From Syntrophomonadaceae bacterium (GTDB taxonomy: Bacteria > Bacillota > Dethiobacteria > DTU022): a stretch of 63,608 bases of DNA. The notes below the pieces were generated by a model that was given only the letters and a program-made list of their open reading frames with translations, ran no database searches and was not told the origin of the DNA. Shown piece by piece: positions 17,116-25,645 of this stretch. The stretch covers positions 1 through 63,608 of the forward strand of contig SLRT01000018.1 in the NCBI GenBank assembly GCA_007130825.1. Reading direction: 5' to 3'. Positions within the stretch are counted from its first letter, which is position 1. Each line of letters begins with the position of its first letter. The position numbers and the translations under genes were made by a program.

Positions 17116-17247
17116 CCCTTAATTATGAAGTGCTGCGCATTTTTGGCAAGACTTTTTTGAGCGATCCCGCAAATGCCGATGTACACTACGTTTATTAGGG
17201 GTCATTTTGAAATCCAACTTTTATGGTACCGGCTTGTCCGGGTTAGG
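17116..17247 (+). repeat. Dispersed intergenic repeat, copy B
   Basis: CCTTAATTATGAAGTGCTGCGCATTTTTGGCAAGACTTTTTTGAGCGATCCCGCAAATGCC...ACGTTTATTAGGGGTCATTTTGAAATCCAACTTTTATGGTACCGGCTTGTCCGGGTTAGGA. Closest to copies C and E. Confidence 0.85.
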
Positions 17248-17415
17248 AGAGATCTAAAGTGTGTTCAAAGAATACTGCGAATGAAGATCTGAAGCTAAAT
17301 AAGCATAAAGCGGAAAAAGAAAAAACTGGAATAGTATACAGCTGTGCCGGTCCAAGAATAGACCCGGAAGAAAATACAAACTGTAATTATTATAAAAAGC
17401 TACATCATTATCAGG

Positions 17416-18483
17416 CTAATGTTTATCCAGATAATGCACAGGATTAACCGGAATTCCATCATGATGCACTTCATAGTGAAGATGTGTACCTGTAGTTCGG
17501 CCGGTTTTACCCATGTAACCAATTGTTTGGCCTCTTTCTACCTTTTCTCCGTGTGTAACAGCAAATCCATTCAGGTGAGCATAATAAGTTTCATAACCAT
17601 AACCGTGATCAATAATCAAAAGATTGCCCAGGCTTCCCCGGTAGCCGGAATATACAACCACTCCACCAGCGGTGGCCCGGATAGATGATCCGAACGAACC
17701 AGCTATATCGATACCGGTATGAAACTGGTAACCATCATCATATGGAATATTTCTTGTGCCAAACCCGGAGGTAATACGTCCTCGTGCAGGCCAGATGCTG
17801 GGTCTGGCTTCAACCTGCTCTATCTTGGCTTCTACTTGCTCTATATATGTCCCCACATAGGTGTCAACATCATCGAGTGTACCGGATCTTTTCAGGACGA
17901 TATCTCGCAAGATGACAAGATTATCTGCTGCCCGATCAAGCACCTCCCCTGAAACAGAACGATTTCCATATGAATTTTGATAGCTTAGAACACTGTCTTT
18001 TGCATTTAAATACGCACTGGAGGAATTTGACGGGTTAATACTGTTAAGTGAGTTATGCGTATTAGAACCGTTATATATATTATATGGATTAGCAGCAGGT
18101 CGATTATTCCCGGTATCACTTGTTTCAGGCTCAACCTCATTTATGCCCTCAAGATCTTCTAATTCATCTAATTTTTCTGTAACGCTGTCTATCAGCTTGT
18201 CTAAGTCGTCTATCTGCTGATTTACCTGTTGCGCTTCAACAGTCAGGGCGCTAATTTCTGCTTCTTGAGCCCGGGTTATCTGCCGGAGTTCCCGGGTGTT
18301 TTGTGCCTCAGCTGCAGCAACAAGATAAATGTAGCCAAGAGCAGCAACACCGGCTACACCAAGCACAAAGAAGACTACCGCTAGTTGGGTTATATGAAGT
18401 GGAAGTCTCAGGCTGAAAGTGGTCTCTTCAGAATGAGGGACGATCATAATTGTAAAACAGCGTTTTACTTTCTGTGATGTCAT
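17416..18483 (-). CDS. M23-family (LytM-type) peptidoglycan endopeptidase, membrane-anchored with a coiled coil
   Basis: The C-terminal domain reads HTGIDIAG...GNLLIIDHGYGYETYYAHL...GYMGKTGRTTGTHLHYEV. There is an N-terminal TM and a coiled coil. The likely start is ATG 18483 (MTSQKVKR); the ORF track extends to 18594. Confidence 0.85.
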   Translation of the reverse strand: MTSQKVKRCFTIMIVPHSEETTFSLRLPLHITQLAVVFFVLGVAGVAALGYIYLVAAAEAQNTRELRQITRAQEAEISALTVEAQQVNQQIDDLDKLIDSVTEKLDELEDLEGINEVEPETSDTGNNRPAANPYNIYNGSNTHNSLNSINPSNSSSAYLNAKDSVLSYQNSYGNRSVSGEVLDRAADNLVILRDIVLKRSGTLDDVDTYVGTYIEQVEAKIEQVEARPSIWPARGRITSGFGTRNIPYDDGYQFHTGIDIAGSFGSSIRATAGGVVVYSGYRGSLGNLLIIDHGYGYETYYAHLNGFAVTHGEKVERGQTIGYMGKTGRTTGTHLHYEVHHDGIPVNPVHYLDKH

Positions 18484-18935
18484 ATTCTGTATTTGCCCTT
18501 TCAGCAAAATCTTTTCTTCAAAAAAGCCGATACGAAAAGACCACCCCTTACCCCCTCCGTCCAATTTATTTGCAGCAGTTATCATTCTTGCCAATCATAC
18601 CGGGGTAAGGTCCACATGGAGCAAAAGAGGGAGGAAATTACTTGGCTCTTATTTTAACGCCTGAAAGTTACGAGAATATTACAAACAAATTACGATTTTG
18701 TTACAATCTGACTTAAAGTAAAATGAGCGATATCTGAATTATTTATTACTTTTAAGAAGGAATATTGCAAAAGTTGCAGAACAAATTAATCAAGCAAATA
18801 TTTTGTGATCTATACCTTTCAAGGAGGTGGAGAAGCTTATTGTCAAATTAGTTTGGAGCATGGGAAAGAGGCAAAGGTTCTTTTATAATTATTAATTCCT
18901 TGCATGATGGGAAAATTATTTATGAAAGGATGATC

Positions 18936-20711
18936 ATGATGGCTTGCCCAAACGAACACCAAGACAATGACAAACAACAAGATAGCAATGCACTGGAAGC
19001 TGATGCTCAAACAGGTTTAGGGGGCAGAATAAAAATACTGTCAAGCAGTTTGAAAAATAATAAATTCAAGCTTTTGGGAGCAGTAATAGCTGCGCTGCTT
19101 GTCCTGCTGGTAATTGTATATTTAGTTTATCCCCGGCCGGACTTTGAAGTAAAAGCTTTCGCTATGCCTGATGAAGTTGTATCCGGTGATGAAATGGTGA
19201 TTACCGCAGATGTGGAAAATATCGGCCGCGCCCGCGGAGCATACAGCGTAACTTTGTTTTTCGATGACGATGAAGTGGAAGTAACCGATATTATGCTGGA
19301 TGCCGGGGGAAAAGACAGTTTGGAGTTTAGCGTTCCCGTCGATTATTCTCCGGGAACCTACCCGGTTTATTTGGGGCTGGGTCCTGAGAAAGACTATTTC
19401 GAAGAATTGGCGAGCTCGGTAGAAGTTTTAAACCCGTTTACTGTGGAAGGCTTTGAAGTGCCTGAAGAAGTGTTTTACGGGGAGGATTTGTTAATTGCCA
19501 TTGGTGTTGAAAATATCAGTTCCTCTCAAGCTCCATACAGTGTAACTTTATTTGTTGATGACAATGAAGTGGAAGCAACCGATATCATGCTGGACGCCGG
19601 GGAAAAAGAAGTGTTGGAGTTTAGCGTTCCCGTCGATTATTCTCCGGGAACCTACCCGGTCCACCTCGGTTTGGGTCCTGAAAAGGATTATTGTGAAGAT
19701 CTGGCGAGTTCGCTGGAAGTCTTGAATCCTTATGTTGTGGAAGATTTTGATGTCCCGGAAGAAATTGCTTACGGGGCCAATTTGTTAATTAGCGCCGCTG
19801 TTGAAAATATAAGCGCTACAGAAACGCCATATAATGCCACCCTGTTTATTGATGGCGATGAGGTGGAAACAAAGGAGATCATGCTGGGCGGCGGCGAAAA
19901 AGAGGTTTTGGAGTTCAGTACCCCTGTCGATTATTCATCGGGTAGTTACCCGGTTGCCCTGGAGCTGGGTCCGGAAGAGACCAGTTTTGAAAAACTGGAG
20001 GGTTCATTGCAGGTTTATCGGCCGGCTGAATTTGTGGTAGAAAATTTAAGCCTTACTTCCCGGACGGTAGATGTCGGTGACGATGTAGTGGCAAGGGTTT
20101 CTGTAACCAATGTTGGAGATGTGCAGGGCAGCCATACGGTTTCCCTGACGCTAAACGGAACAGTCATCGACAGTCAAGAGGTCTCCCTTGACGGGGGAAG
20201 CCAAACAGAGTTGTCTTTTCCGCTCACCATCAATAATCCGGGCAGCCATACAGTGGCGGTAGGAGGTTTAAATACAAGCGTAACTGCATATCAAATTGAA
20301 CGTCCGGCTAATGGGACCGTTTTGGTCAATAAAATATCCGGCGGAGACGGGGAATTAAAAATTACCAATAACCGTTCAGTAGACAGCCTTGTTGTTCTTT
20401 CTGACCCCGGCAAGCCGAAAGAGCCCCTGATGGCTGTTTATCTCCGGGCAGCAAGCTCAACAACTGTCCGTTCCATCCGTGATGGCACCTATGAAATATA
20501 TTATAGTTTTGGATCGCAGTGGGATGCTCATTCGAGAAAATTTACGCAAAATGCGGAATATGGCCGGTTTGAAGAAGAAAAAAAGTTTGAAACCACCCGC
20601 CGTGCCGACTACATCGAGTATTCAATATGGGAGTTGGAATTTTATGTTTTAGATGCTGATATGCCTGCGCGCACTCGAACAATACCTGCCGACCAGTTCC
20701 CTTCCTGGTAG
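18936..20711 (+). CDS. Membrane-anchored, acidic CARDB-like repeat protein
   Basis: N-terminal TM (LLGAVIAALLVLLVIVYLVY), three near-identical domains of about 98 aa, one diverged CARDB-like domain (VSVTNVGDVQGSHTVSLTLNG) and an unrecognised C-terminal domain of about 140 aa. The ORF track starts at 18900. Confidence 0.8.
   Translation: MMACPNEHQDNDKQQDSNALEADAQTGLGGRIKILSSSLKNNKFKLLGAVIAALLVLLVIVYLVYPRPDFEVKAFAMPDEVVSGDEMVITADVENIGRARGAYSVTLFFDDDEVEVTDIMLDAGGKDSLEFSVPVDYSPGTYPVYLGLGPEKDYFEELASSVEVLNPFTVEGFEVPEEVFYGEDLLIAIGVENISSSQAPYSVTLFVDDNEVEATDIMLDAGEKEVLEFSVPVDYSPGTYPVHLGLGPEKDYCEDLASSLEVLNPYVVEDFDVPEEIAYGANLLISAAVENISATETPYNATLFIDGDEVETKEIMLGGGEKEVLEFSTPVDYSSGSYPVALELGPEETSFEKLEGSLQVYRPAEFVVENLSLTSRTVDVGDDVVARVSVTNVGDVQGSHTVSLTLNGTVIDSQEVSLDGGSQTELSFPLTINNPGSHTVAVGGLNTSVTAYQIERPANGTVLVNKISGGDGELKITNNRSVDSLVVLSDPGKPKEPLMAVYLRAASSTTVRSIRDGTYEIYYSFGSQWDAHSRKFTQNAEYGRFEEEKKFETTRRADYIEYSIWELEFYVLDADMPARTRTIPADQFPSW
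19137..20024 (+). repeat. Three tandem in-frame repeats of about 294-300 nt inside the CARDB-like gene
   Basis: Repeat units are 19137-19436, 19437-19730 and 19731-20024. Units 1 and 2 share a long identical run (TTGGAGTTTAGCGTTCCCGTCGATTATTCTCCGGGAACCTACCCGGT). Confidence 0.85.
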
Positions 20712-20721
20712 CTATTTTAGA

Positions 20722-20853
20722 TCCTTAAGCCTGAAGAGCTGCGCATTTTTGGCCGGGCTTTTTTGAGCGAACCCGCTAACGCACATGTAGATAACGTTTA
20801 GCAGGGGTCATTTTCAAATCCAACTTGATGGCAACGGTTTGTCCAGGTTAGGA
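20722..20853 (+). repeat. Dispersed intergenic repeat, copy C
   Basis: TCCTTAAGCCTGAAGAGCTGCGCATTTTTGGCCGGGCTTTTTTGAGCGAACCCGCTAACGC...ACGTTTAGCAGGGGTCATTTTCAAATCCAACTTGATGG...GTCCAGGTTAGGA. It starts 11 nt after the CARDB gene stop codon. Confidence 0.85.
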
Positions 20854-20918
20854 TTTTAAGCAGATTTTAAACTGTTCCCATAAGCTGTTACCTTCACTTG
20901 TCGCAAAGGAGGATAATA

Positions 20919-21104
20919 ATGCCGGAAGAGGAATACAAAATAACTGATCGCGCTCTTAGAAAAATGGTCAAGCTGGAGAGTTACATAAGCGTCATGGCGG
21001 AAGGTCATGATAAGGAGAGACTGACCAGGGCCTACCTTGAATTAGTTGAAGATTTGGGGTTGCCCCCTGAATATGGAGAAAGTATTAGAAGAGGTCGGCT
21101 TTAA
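20919..21104 (+). CDS. Small hypothetical protein (61 aa, charged, helical-looking)
   Basis: Strong RBS AAAGGAGG 7 nt before the ATG (MPEEEYKITDRALRKMVKLESY...). No recognisable family. Confidence 0.5.
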   Translation: MPEEEYKITDRALRKMVKLESYISVMAEGHDKERLTRAYLELVEDLGLPPEYGESIRRGRL

Positions 21105-21279
21105 GAAGCATAGTTTCCTGAAGTGCGGGAAGTCAACAGGCGGGCTTTTCGGAAGGCTATTACAGGTGGATATTTGGTTAAAAGGGTATGCCTGAGCTTA
21201 TAGAAAAATTTTCACCCATGTCTCTGGCGGTGTTAAGTAATGCGGTAAATAAAATTTTCTCCCAACAGGAGGGTAAAAA

Positions 21280-21474
21280 ATGAAGCCTAAAGTTATTATA
21301 ATTCTGGTTCTTGTAATTCTATTATTAATAATTTTAATCCAGAATACCCAGGTCGTAACTTTGCACCTGCTTTTCTGGTCGGTATCTATGTCCCAGATTA
21401 TTCTCATTGCCGCTGTCCTGCTTTGTGGTTTTATTATTGGCTACCTGGCCTCGATGTTAACCAGAAAAAGATAA
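21280..21474 (+). CDS. LapA/DUF1049-like small two-TM membrane protein
   Basis: 64 aa, with two hydrophobic helices flanking NTQVVTLHLLFW, then a basic tail. RBS is CAGGAGGG. Confidence 0.65.
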   Translation: MKPKVIIILVLVILLLIILIQNTQVVTLHLLFWSVSMSQIILIAAVLLCGFIIGYLASMLTRKR

Positions 21475-21926
21475 TAATATGCTACAAAATAAGAAAGCCG
21501 GTCATCGAAGAATATTTTTCAACTCCGGGGCGTGATTATAAATGTTCAGGCTGTTAAAAAGACAGTAAACAGTGCTGTTATGTTATTGTTAAGCTGCTAA
21601 GTTTCCGGGCCATAAATTTTAACTCTTGTGATAATAACTTGACCATGTTTCCCCAGTTTTCCTGTGTAGCTCCGAAGCTCGCCGGGGTTTGCACAATGCA
21701 AATCGATGTCCCCAAAGCATTAGCGCGCTGTTTCGTTTCTTCCCATATAAAACATAGCAGTTGCAATTATCATAGTTCAAGACAAAGTTATGCCTGAATG
21801 CCCGGTTTAAGCCCAAGCTACAGTATTACAGGCTTATGTAACAGGCTGTATCAGGAAACCGGGGGTCAAAGGGATTTGTACAGCGAAGAAAAAAATCGAC
21901 TGTGAAAAGTAAAGGACATAAAAATA

Positions 21927-24446
21927 GTGAAAATAAGGGGTAAAATAGAACAAAACATACCCTTTCATTTGCCGGCGATACTGATGCTGGGAATTGTTTC
22001 ACAGGTTGCCCAGGTCCTGCTTTTGCGGGAACTGCTGATGGTTTTTCATGGCAACGAGCTCTCGATCGGGCTTATCCTGGCCGCCTGGATGTTCTGGGTC
22101 GGGGTTGGCAGCCATCTGGGCGCAATCGTTATCGAAAGGGTTAACAAATCTTTATATCTGCTTGCAGGCAGTGCTGTGGGGGTATTGCTTGGTTTGCCTG
22201 CAACCATTATGCTTGTTCGTGTTCTGCGTGGTTTTTTCGATATTCCACCCGGCGCCCAGCTTTCCCTGGTCGAGATGACAGTTTCCTGTTTCTTACTGAT
22301 GGCCCCGGCCTGCCTTTTGCTGGGTGCACAGTTTGTGTTTCTTTCAAGAATATGGCGTGAAAGCGAGCAGGCTGTGGACACTTCCGGCGCCGGAAAGACT
22401 TACGTCGGAGAAGCGGCCGGCAATATGCTCGGCGGGATCTTATTTACGTTCCTGCTGGTCCATTATCTTAATGCTTTTCAGTCTGCATTACTGGTCGGTT
22501 TTTTCATGCTTGCCGCCGTTTATTTAATAATACGGAAAACTACAGCTGCGATCCTGCCGTCAGGGCGCCTGGATGCTGCAATATTGCTTCTGATGATTTT
22601 AAATGTTTTGTCCTTTTTGTTACTGGAAAATTTGGATCACTTGGCTTACCGGGCCCAGTGGCAATATTTTACACCGGATCATGAGCTTGTAGAAACCCGC
22701 CAGTCTAAGCATGGGGCCATTGCGGTGGTCCGGCGTAATGACCAGTATACGTTTTTTCAAAGCGGGCATCTAATCTTTAGCACGGCCGGGCCTGAGGCAA
22801 TTGCACCGGGTCTTGAAGAACAAGAGGCGGTGGAATTTGCCCACCTGGCAATGGTCCAGCATGAAAAGCCTGAAAGGGTTCTTCTGATCGGCGGTGGATT
22901 AAGGGGAGTGCTCAGCGAAATAGCAAAACATCCGGTGAAAAGGGTTGACTATATTGAGCTGGACGAAGTTTTAACTGAAACAGCCCGTCCGTACGTTTCC
23001 CGGGCCACTTTGGATACACTGGATGATCCCCGGGTGCGCCTGATTCATACCGACGGGAGGCTTTTTGTGAAAACAACTGGTCAGAATTACGACATGATTA
23101 TTGTCGATATACCCGATCCGGCCACAGCAGCCCTGAATCGCTATTACACCCGGGAATTTTTCACTGAAGCTGAGGACCTGCTCAATGATGATGGTGTTTT
23201 AGTAGCCGGGGCCGTGTCTACTCCAGATCTACGCGGTACCGCTGTGGCCAACCGAAATACTACGATCTATCATACCCTGAACAGCGTTTTTTGCCGGGTG
23301 CTGCCGGCCGGCGAAAGGTTTATGTCATATTTTGCGACGAATGAACCCGGACAGGTCTCTTTAGATGCAGCCGTACTTCAGGATCGATATGTCAAAAGGG
23401 GAATTGATGCAAATGATTTTTCACCGGAACATTACCAGGTTATGCTGGAGGAAGGCCAACTCAGGCGGGTTAACTGGATAGTTCGCAACCACGGTCGAAG
23501 CAGCACGGCCCATCTCGAGGGGCCGGCAGCGGGGCCAGTTTCTCCCGGTTCCCTGGCTGAACAGGAAGCTCTGGAAAAAGATCTGCCGCCGGTTGAAAAA
23601 CGCTACTTTATCAACACTGATTTAAAGCCGATCGGCTATTATTATACCCTGATGCACTGGGACCGGTTGACCCGTCCGGACGATGATAAGACATTGCAGT
23701 GGCCTTTGCATATTCAGTGGTGGTGGGTTCTGCCGCTTTGCTTTATTCCCCTGATTACTGTACTTGGGTTACGGTTTGGTTTGAACGGTGCAGGTAAAAA
23801 TGCCGGGGCTGTTCATAATTACAGCCCTGAAAAAAAGGCGGATACTAACTTCGCGATTCTTTTCGCCGTCTTTACCACCGGGTTTTCGACAATGGCCCTG
23901 CAAATAGCCCTGCTGTTTTCTTTTCAAAGTATATACGGTTTTATCTACGAAACAGTGGGCCTGATTGTGGCCATGTTCATGTGTGGCCTGGCGCTAGGCG
24001 CCTCGATGACCAATCGTCATGTTAAAAATAAAACTAACATAAACACTTTGGCCGGTGTCCAGTTAATTATTGCTTTGCTTGCTGTTTTAATCGCTGTTGT
24101 AATATCCCGGGCGGCGGCAGTAGAATACCCGGCTTTGATTTTTATGTTTTTTTCGATACTCACTTTTTCAGCGGGGTTAATCAACGGGGTTGATTTTCCA
24201 CTTTCACTGGCCTGTTATATGGACCTGAACAGGCAGGCCGAAAGAACTGCCGGGAGTGTTTACGGTGTTGAGTTGTTTGGTGCATGTACTGGCGCAGTTT
24301 TAGCCAGTGCGTTTGTGGCTCCCGTGCTTGGCATCATTGCCTGCTGCCTTTTTGCCGGTATTGCCAATTTTACTGCTTTTGTAGTACTATTAAGCAGCAG
24401 GAGGGGATCATTATGGCTGAAAAAAACCTATTCAAGGGCAAGTTAA
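21927..24446 (+). CDS. Polytopic membrane protein fused to a spermidine-synthase-like (SAM-dependent aminopropyl/methyl-transferase fold) domain
   Basis: 839 aa: about 7 TM, then a soluble core with VLLIGGGLRGVLSEIAKHP.VKRVDYIELD and YDMIIVDIPDP (SpeE-like motifs), then about 7 more TM. Confidence 0.8.
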   Translation: MKIRGKIEQNIPFHLPAILMLGIVSQVAQVLLLRELLMVFHGNELSIGLILAAWMFWVGVGSHLGAIVIERVNKSLYLLAGSAVGVLLGLPATIMLVRVLRGFFDIPPGAQLSLVEMTVSCFLLMAPACLLLGAQFVFLSRIWRESEQAVDTSGAGKTYVGEAAGNMLGGILFTFLLVHYLNAFQSALLVGFFMLAAVYLIIRKTTAAILPSGRLDAAILLLMILNVLSFLLLENLDHLAYRAQWQYFTPDHELVETRQSKHGAIAVVRRNDQYTFFQSGHLIFSTAGPEAIAPGLEEQEAVEFAHLAMVQHEKPERVLLIGGGLRGVLSEIAKHPVKRVDYIELDEVLTETARPYVSRATLDTLDDPRVRLIHTDGRLFVKTTGQNYDMIIVDIPDPATAALNRYYTREFFTEAEDLLNDDGVLVAGAVSTPDLRGTAVANRNTTIYHTLNSVFCRVLPAGERFMSYFATNEPGQVSLDAAVLQDRYVKRGIDANDFSPEHYQVMLEEGQLRRVNWIVRNHGRSSTAHLEGPAAGPVSPGSLAEQEALEKDLPPVEKRYFINTDLKPIGYYYTLMHWDRLTRPDDDKTLQWPLHIQWWWVLPLCFIPLITVLGLRFGLNGAGKNAGAVHNYSPEKKADTNFAILFAVFTTGFSTMALQIALLFSFQSIYGFIYETVGLIVAMFMCGLALGASMTNRHVKNKTNINTLAGVQLIIALLAVLIAVVISRAAAVEYPALIFMFFSILTFSAGLINGVDFPLSLACYMDLNRQAERTAGSVYGVELFGACTGAVLASAFVAPVLGIIACCLFAGIANFTAFVVLLSSRRGSLWLKKTYSRAS

Positions 24447-25600
24447 ACCGCCGGAACTTCCTTAAAACCGGGGCTGCCGGGTTTTGCTCCCTCTGCCTGG
24501 CCGGTATCTACGGTTGTGCTCCGGAGCAACATGACCAGGAAAAACCTCCGGAAGGAACCCCGGCTGAAATAAGCAAGAAGGGCCTGATTAAGACCAGGCT
24601 TTCCCCCTGGTATACTGAACTGGAAAATGGAAATGTGCGCTGTGAACTATGTCCGAAACTCTGTGAACTGGAGGAGGCTGAAAGAGCGCCCTGCCGGGTG
24701 CGGGAAAACCGTGATGGTGCCTTGTACAGCCTGGTTTACGGCAACCCGGTCCTGGTTCAGGAAGATCCGGTCGAACGGAAACCTTTTTACCATGTTATGC
24801 CAGGCAGCCGTGCACTTTCGATTTCAACGGCCGGCTGTAACCTGGCCTGCAAGTTCTGTGAGGTTTGGGATATGGCCCTGGTGTCGCCGGAGGAAGTTCA
24901 CGCCTATGATATGCCCCCGGAAACGGTGATGAAACATGCCCGGGCCGGCGATGTGCGCTCGGTAAGCTACGCCTTTGGGGAGCCGGTTGTTTATTACGAG
25001 TATACCTCGAAGGTTGCTGATCTGGCCAGGGAAGCCGGTTTTTTGAACCTGATGCATACCGCCGCTTATATCCAGCCCGAACCACTGCAGGAAATTATCA
25101 CCAGGATGGATGCGGTTAATGTCGATTTGAAGGGTTTTGATCAAGAATTCTACCGGGAATATGTGGGCGGAGAACTGGAAACAATCCTCGAAAACTTAAA
25201 AATTATCCGTGATGCCGGAGTGCATCTCGAAATAACCAATATAGTGATCCCCACTTTAAATGATGACAAAGAAACAATAGAAGAAATGTGTAAGTGGGTG
25301 GCAAATGAACTGGGCACAGATGTGCCCTTCCATTTTGCCCGTTTCTATCCGCTCCACAAACTTTCCGCCCTGCCGCGGACACCGGCTTCAAAACTTGATC
25401 AAGCCCGGAAGATAGCTTTGGACGTGGGGCTAAAATATGTTTATATCTCCAGGGTTACCGGCCATGAGGGGGAGAATACTTTTTGTCCGGTCTGTAAAGA
25501 AAAGGTGATCGATCGGGAGGGCTTTATAATCGATGAAATCAAAGTGGATCACGGTGCCTGCGAATACTGCGGCACCGATCTGCCCGGTCTGTGGGCCTGA
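24413..25600 (+). CDS. Radical-SAM enzyme of the AmmeMemoRadiSam/PflA-like type, with an N-terminal twin-arginine signal and a lipobox-like Cys
   Basis: MAEKNLFKGKLNRRNFLKTGAAGFCSLCLAGIYGC, then CELCPKLC...PCRVR, then the radical-SAM motif GCNLACKFC. The ATG at 24413 follows AGGAGGGG and overlaps the upstream gene by 34 nt. Confidence 0.85.
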   Translation: MAEKNLFKGKLNRRNFLKTGAAGFCSLCLAGIYGCAPEQHDQEKPPEGTPAEISKKGLIKTRLSPWYTELENGNVRCELCPKLCELEEAERAPCRVRENRDGALYSLVYGNPVLVQEDPVERKPFYHVMPGSRALSISTAGCNLACKFCEVWDMALVSPEEVHAYDMPPETVMKHARAGDVRSVSYAFGEPVVYYEYTSKVADLAREAGFLNLMHTAAYIQPEPLQEIITRMDAVNVDLKGFDQEFYREYVGGELETILENLKIIRDAGVHLEITNIVIPTLNDDKETIEEMCKWVANELGTDVPFHFARFYPLHKLSALPRTPASKLDQARKIALDVGLKYVYISRVTGHEGENTFCPVCKEKVIDREGFIIDEIKVDHGACEYCGTDLPGLWA

Positions 25601-25608
25601 TCGGAGAG

Positions 25609-25644
25609 CGCCTTAATTGTCCGGGTTTTTATGGTATTAAGGCG
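25609..25644. terminator. 9-bp perfect hairpin filling the gap between the convergent radical-SAM genes
   Basis: CGCCTTAAT (25609-25617) pairs with ATTAAGGCG (25636-25644). The 18-nt loop contains a T5 run. Confidence 0.45.
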
Positions 25645-25645
25645 G

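Noticed and set aside
17131-17200. Short reading frame through repeat copies B and C (…E(V/E)LRIFG(K/R)(T/A)FLS(D/E)PAN…stop), suggesting a duplicated gene 3' end.
   Set aside because: The frame is destroyed by indels in copies A and D, while the nucleotide blocks remain conserved on both sides. There is no start codon or RBS.
17259-17447. 62-aa ORF downstream of repeat copy B (MCSKNTANEDLKLNKHKAEKEK...).
   Set aside because: It has a GTG start with a plausible AGGAG. However, its 3' end overlaps the stop region of the convergent M23 peptidase gene and the composition is low-complexity. The evidence is insufficient to call a gene.
21578-21816. Minus-strand ORFs of 62-65 aa. One contains ...IVQTPASF..., faintly like the QLPPSF motif of DUF72 proteins.
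   Set aside because: The match is a single short motif with no start context and no extended similarity. At best it is an unprovable remnant.
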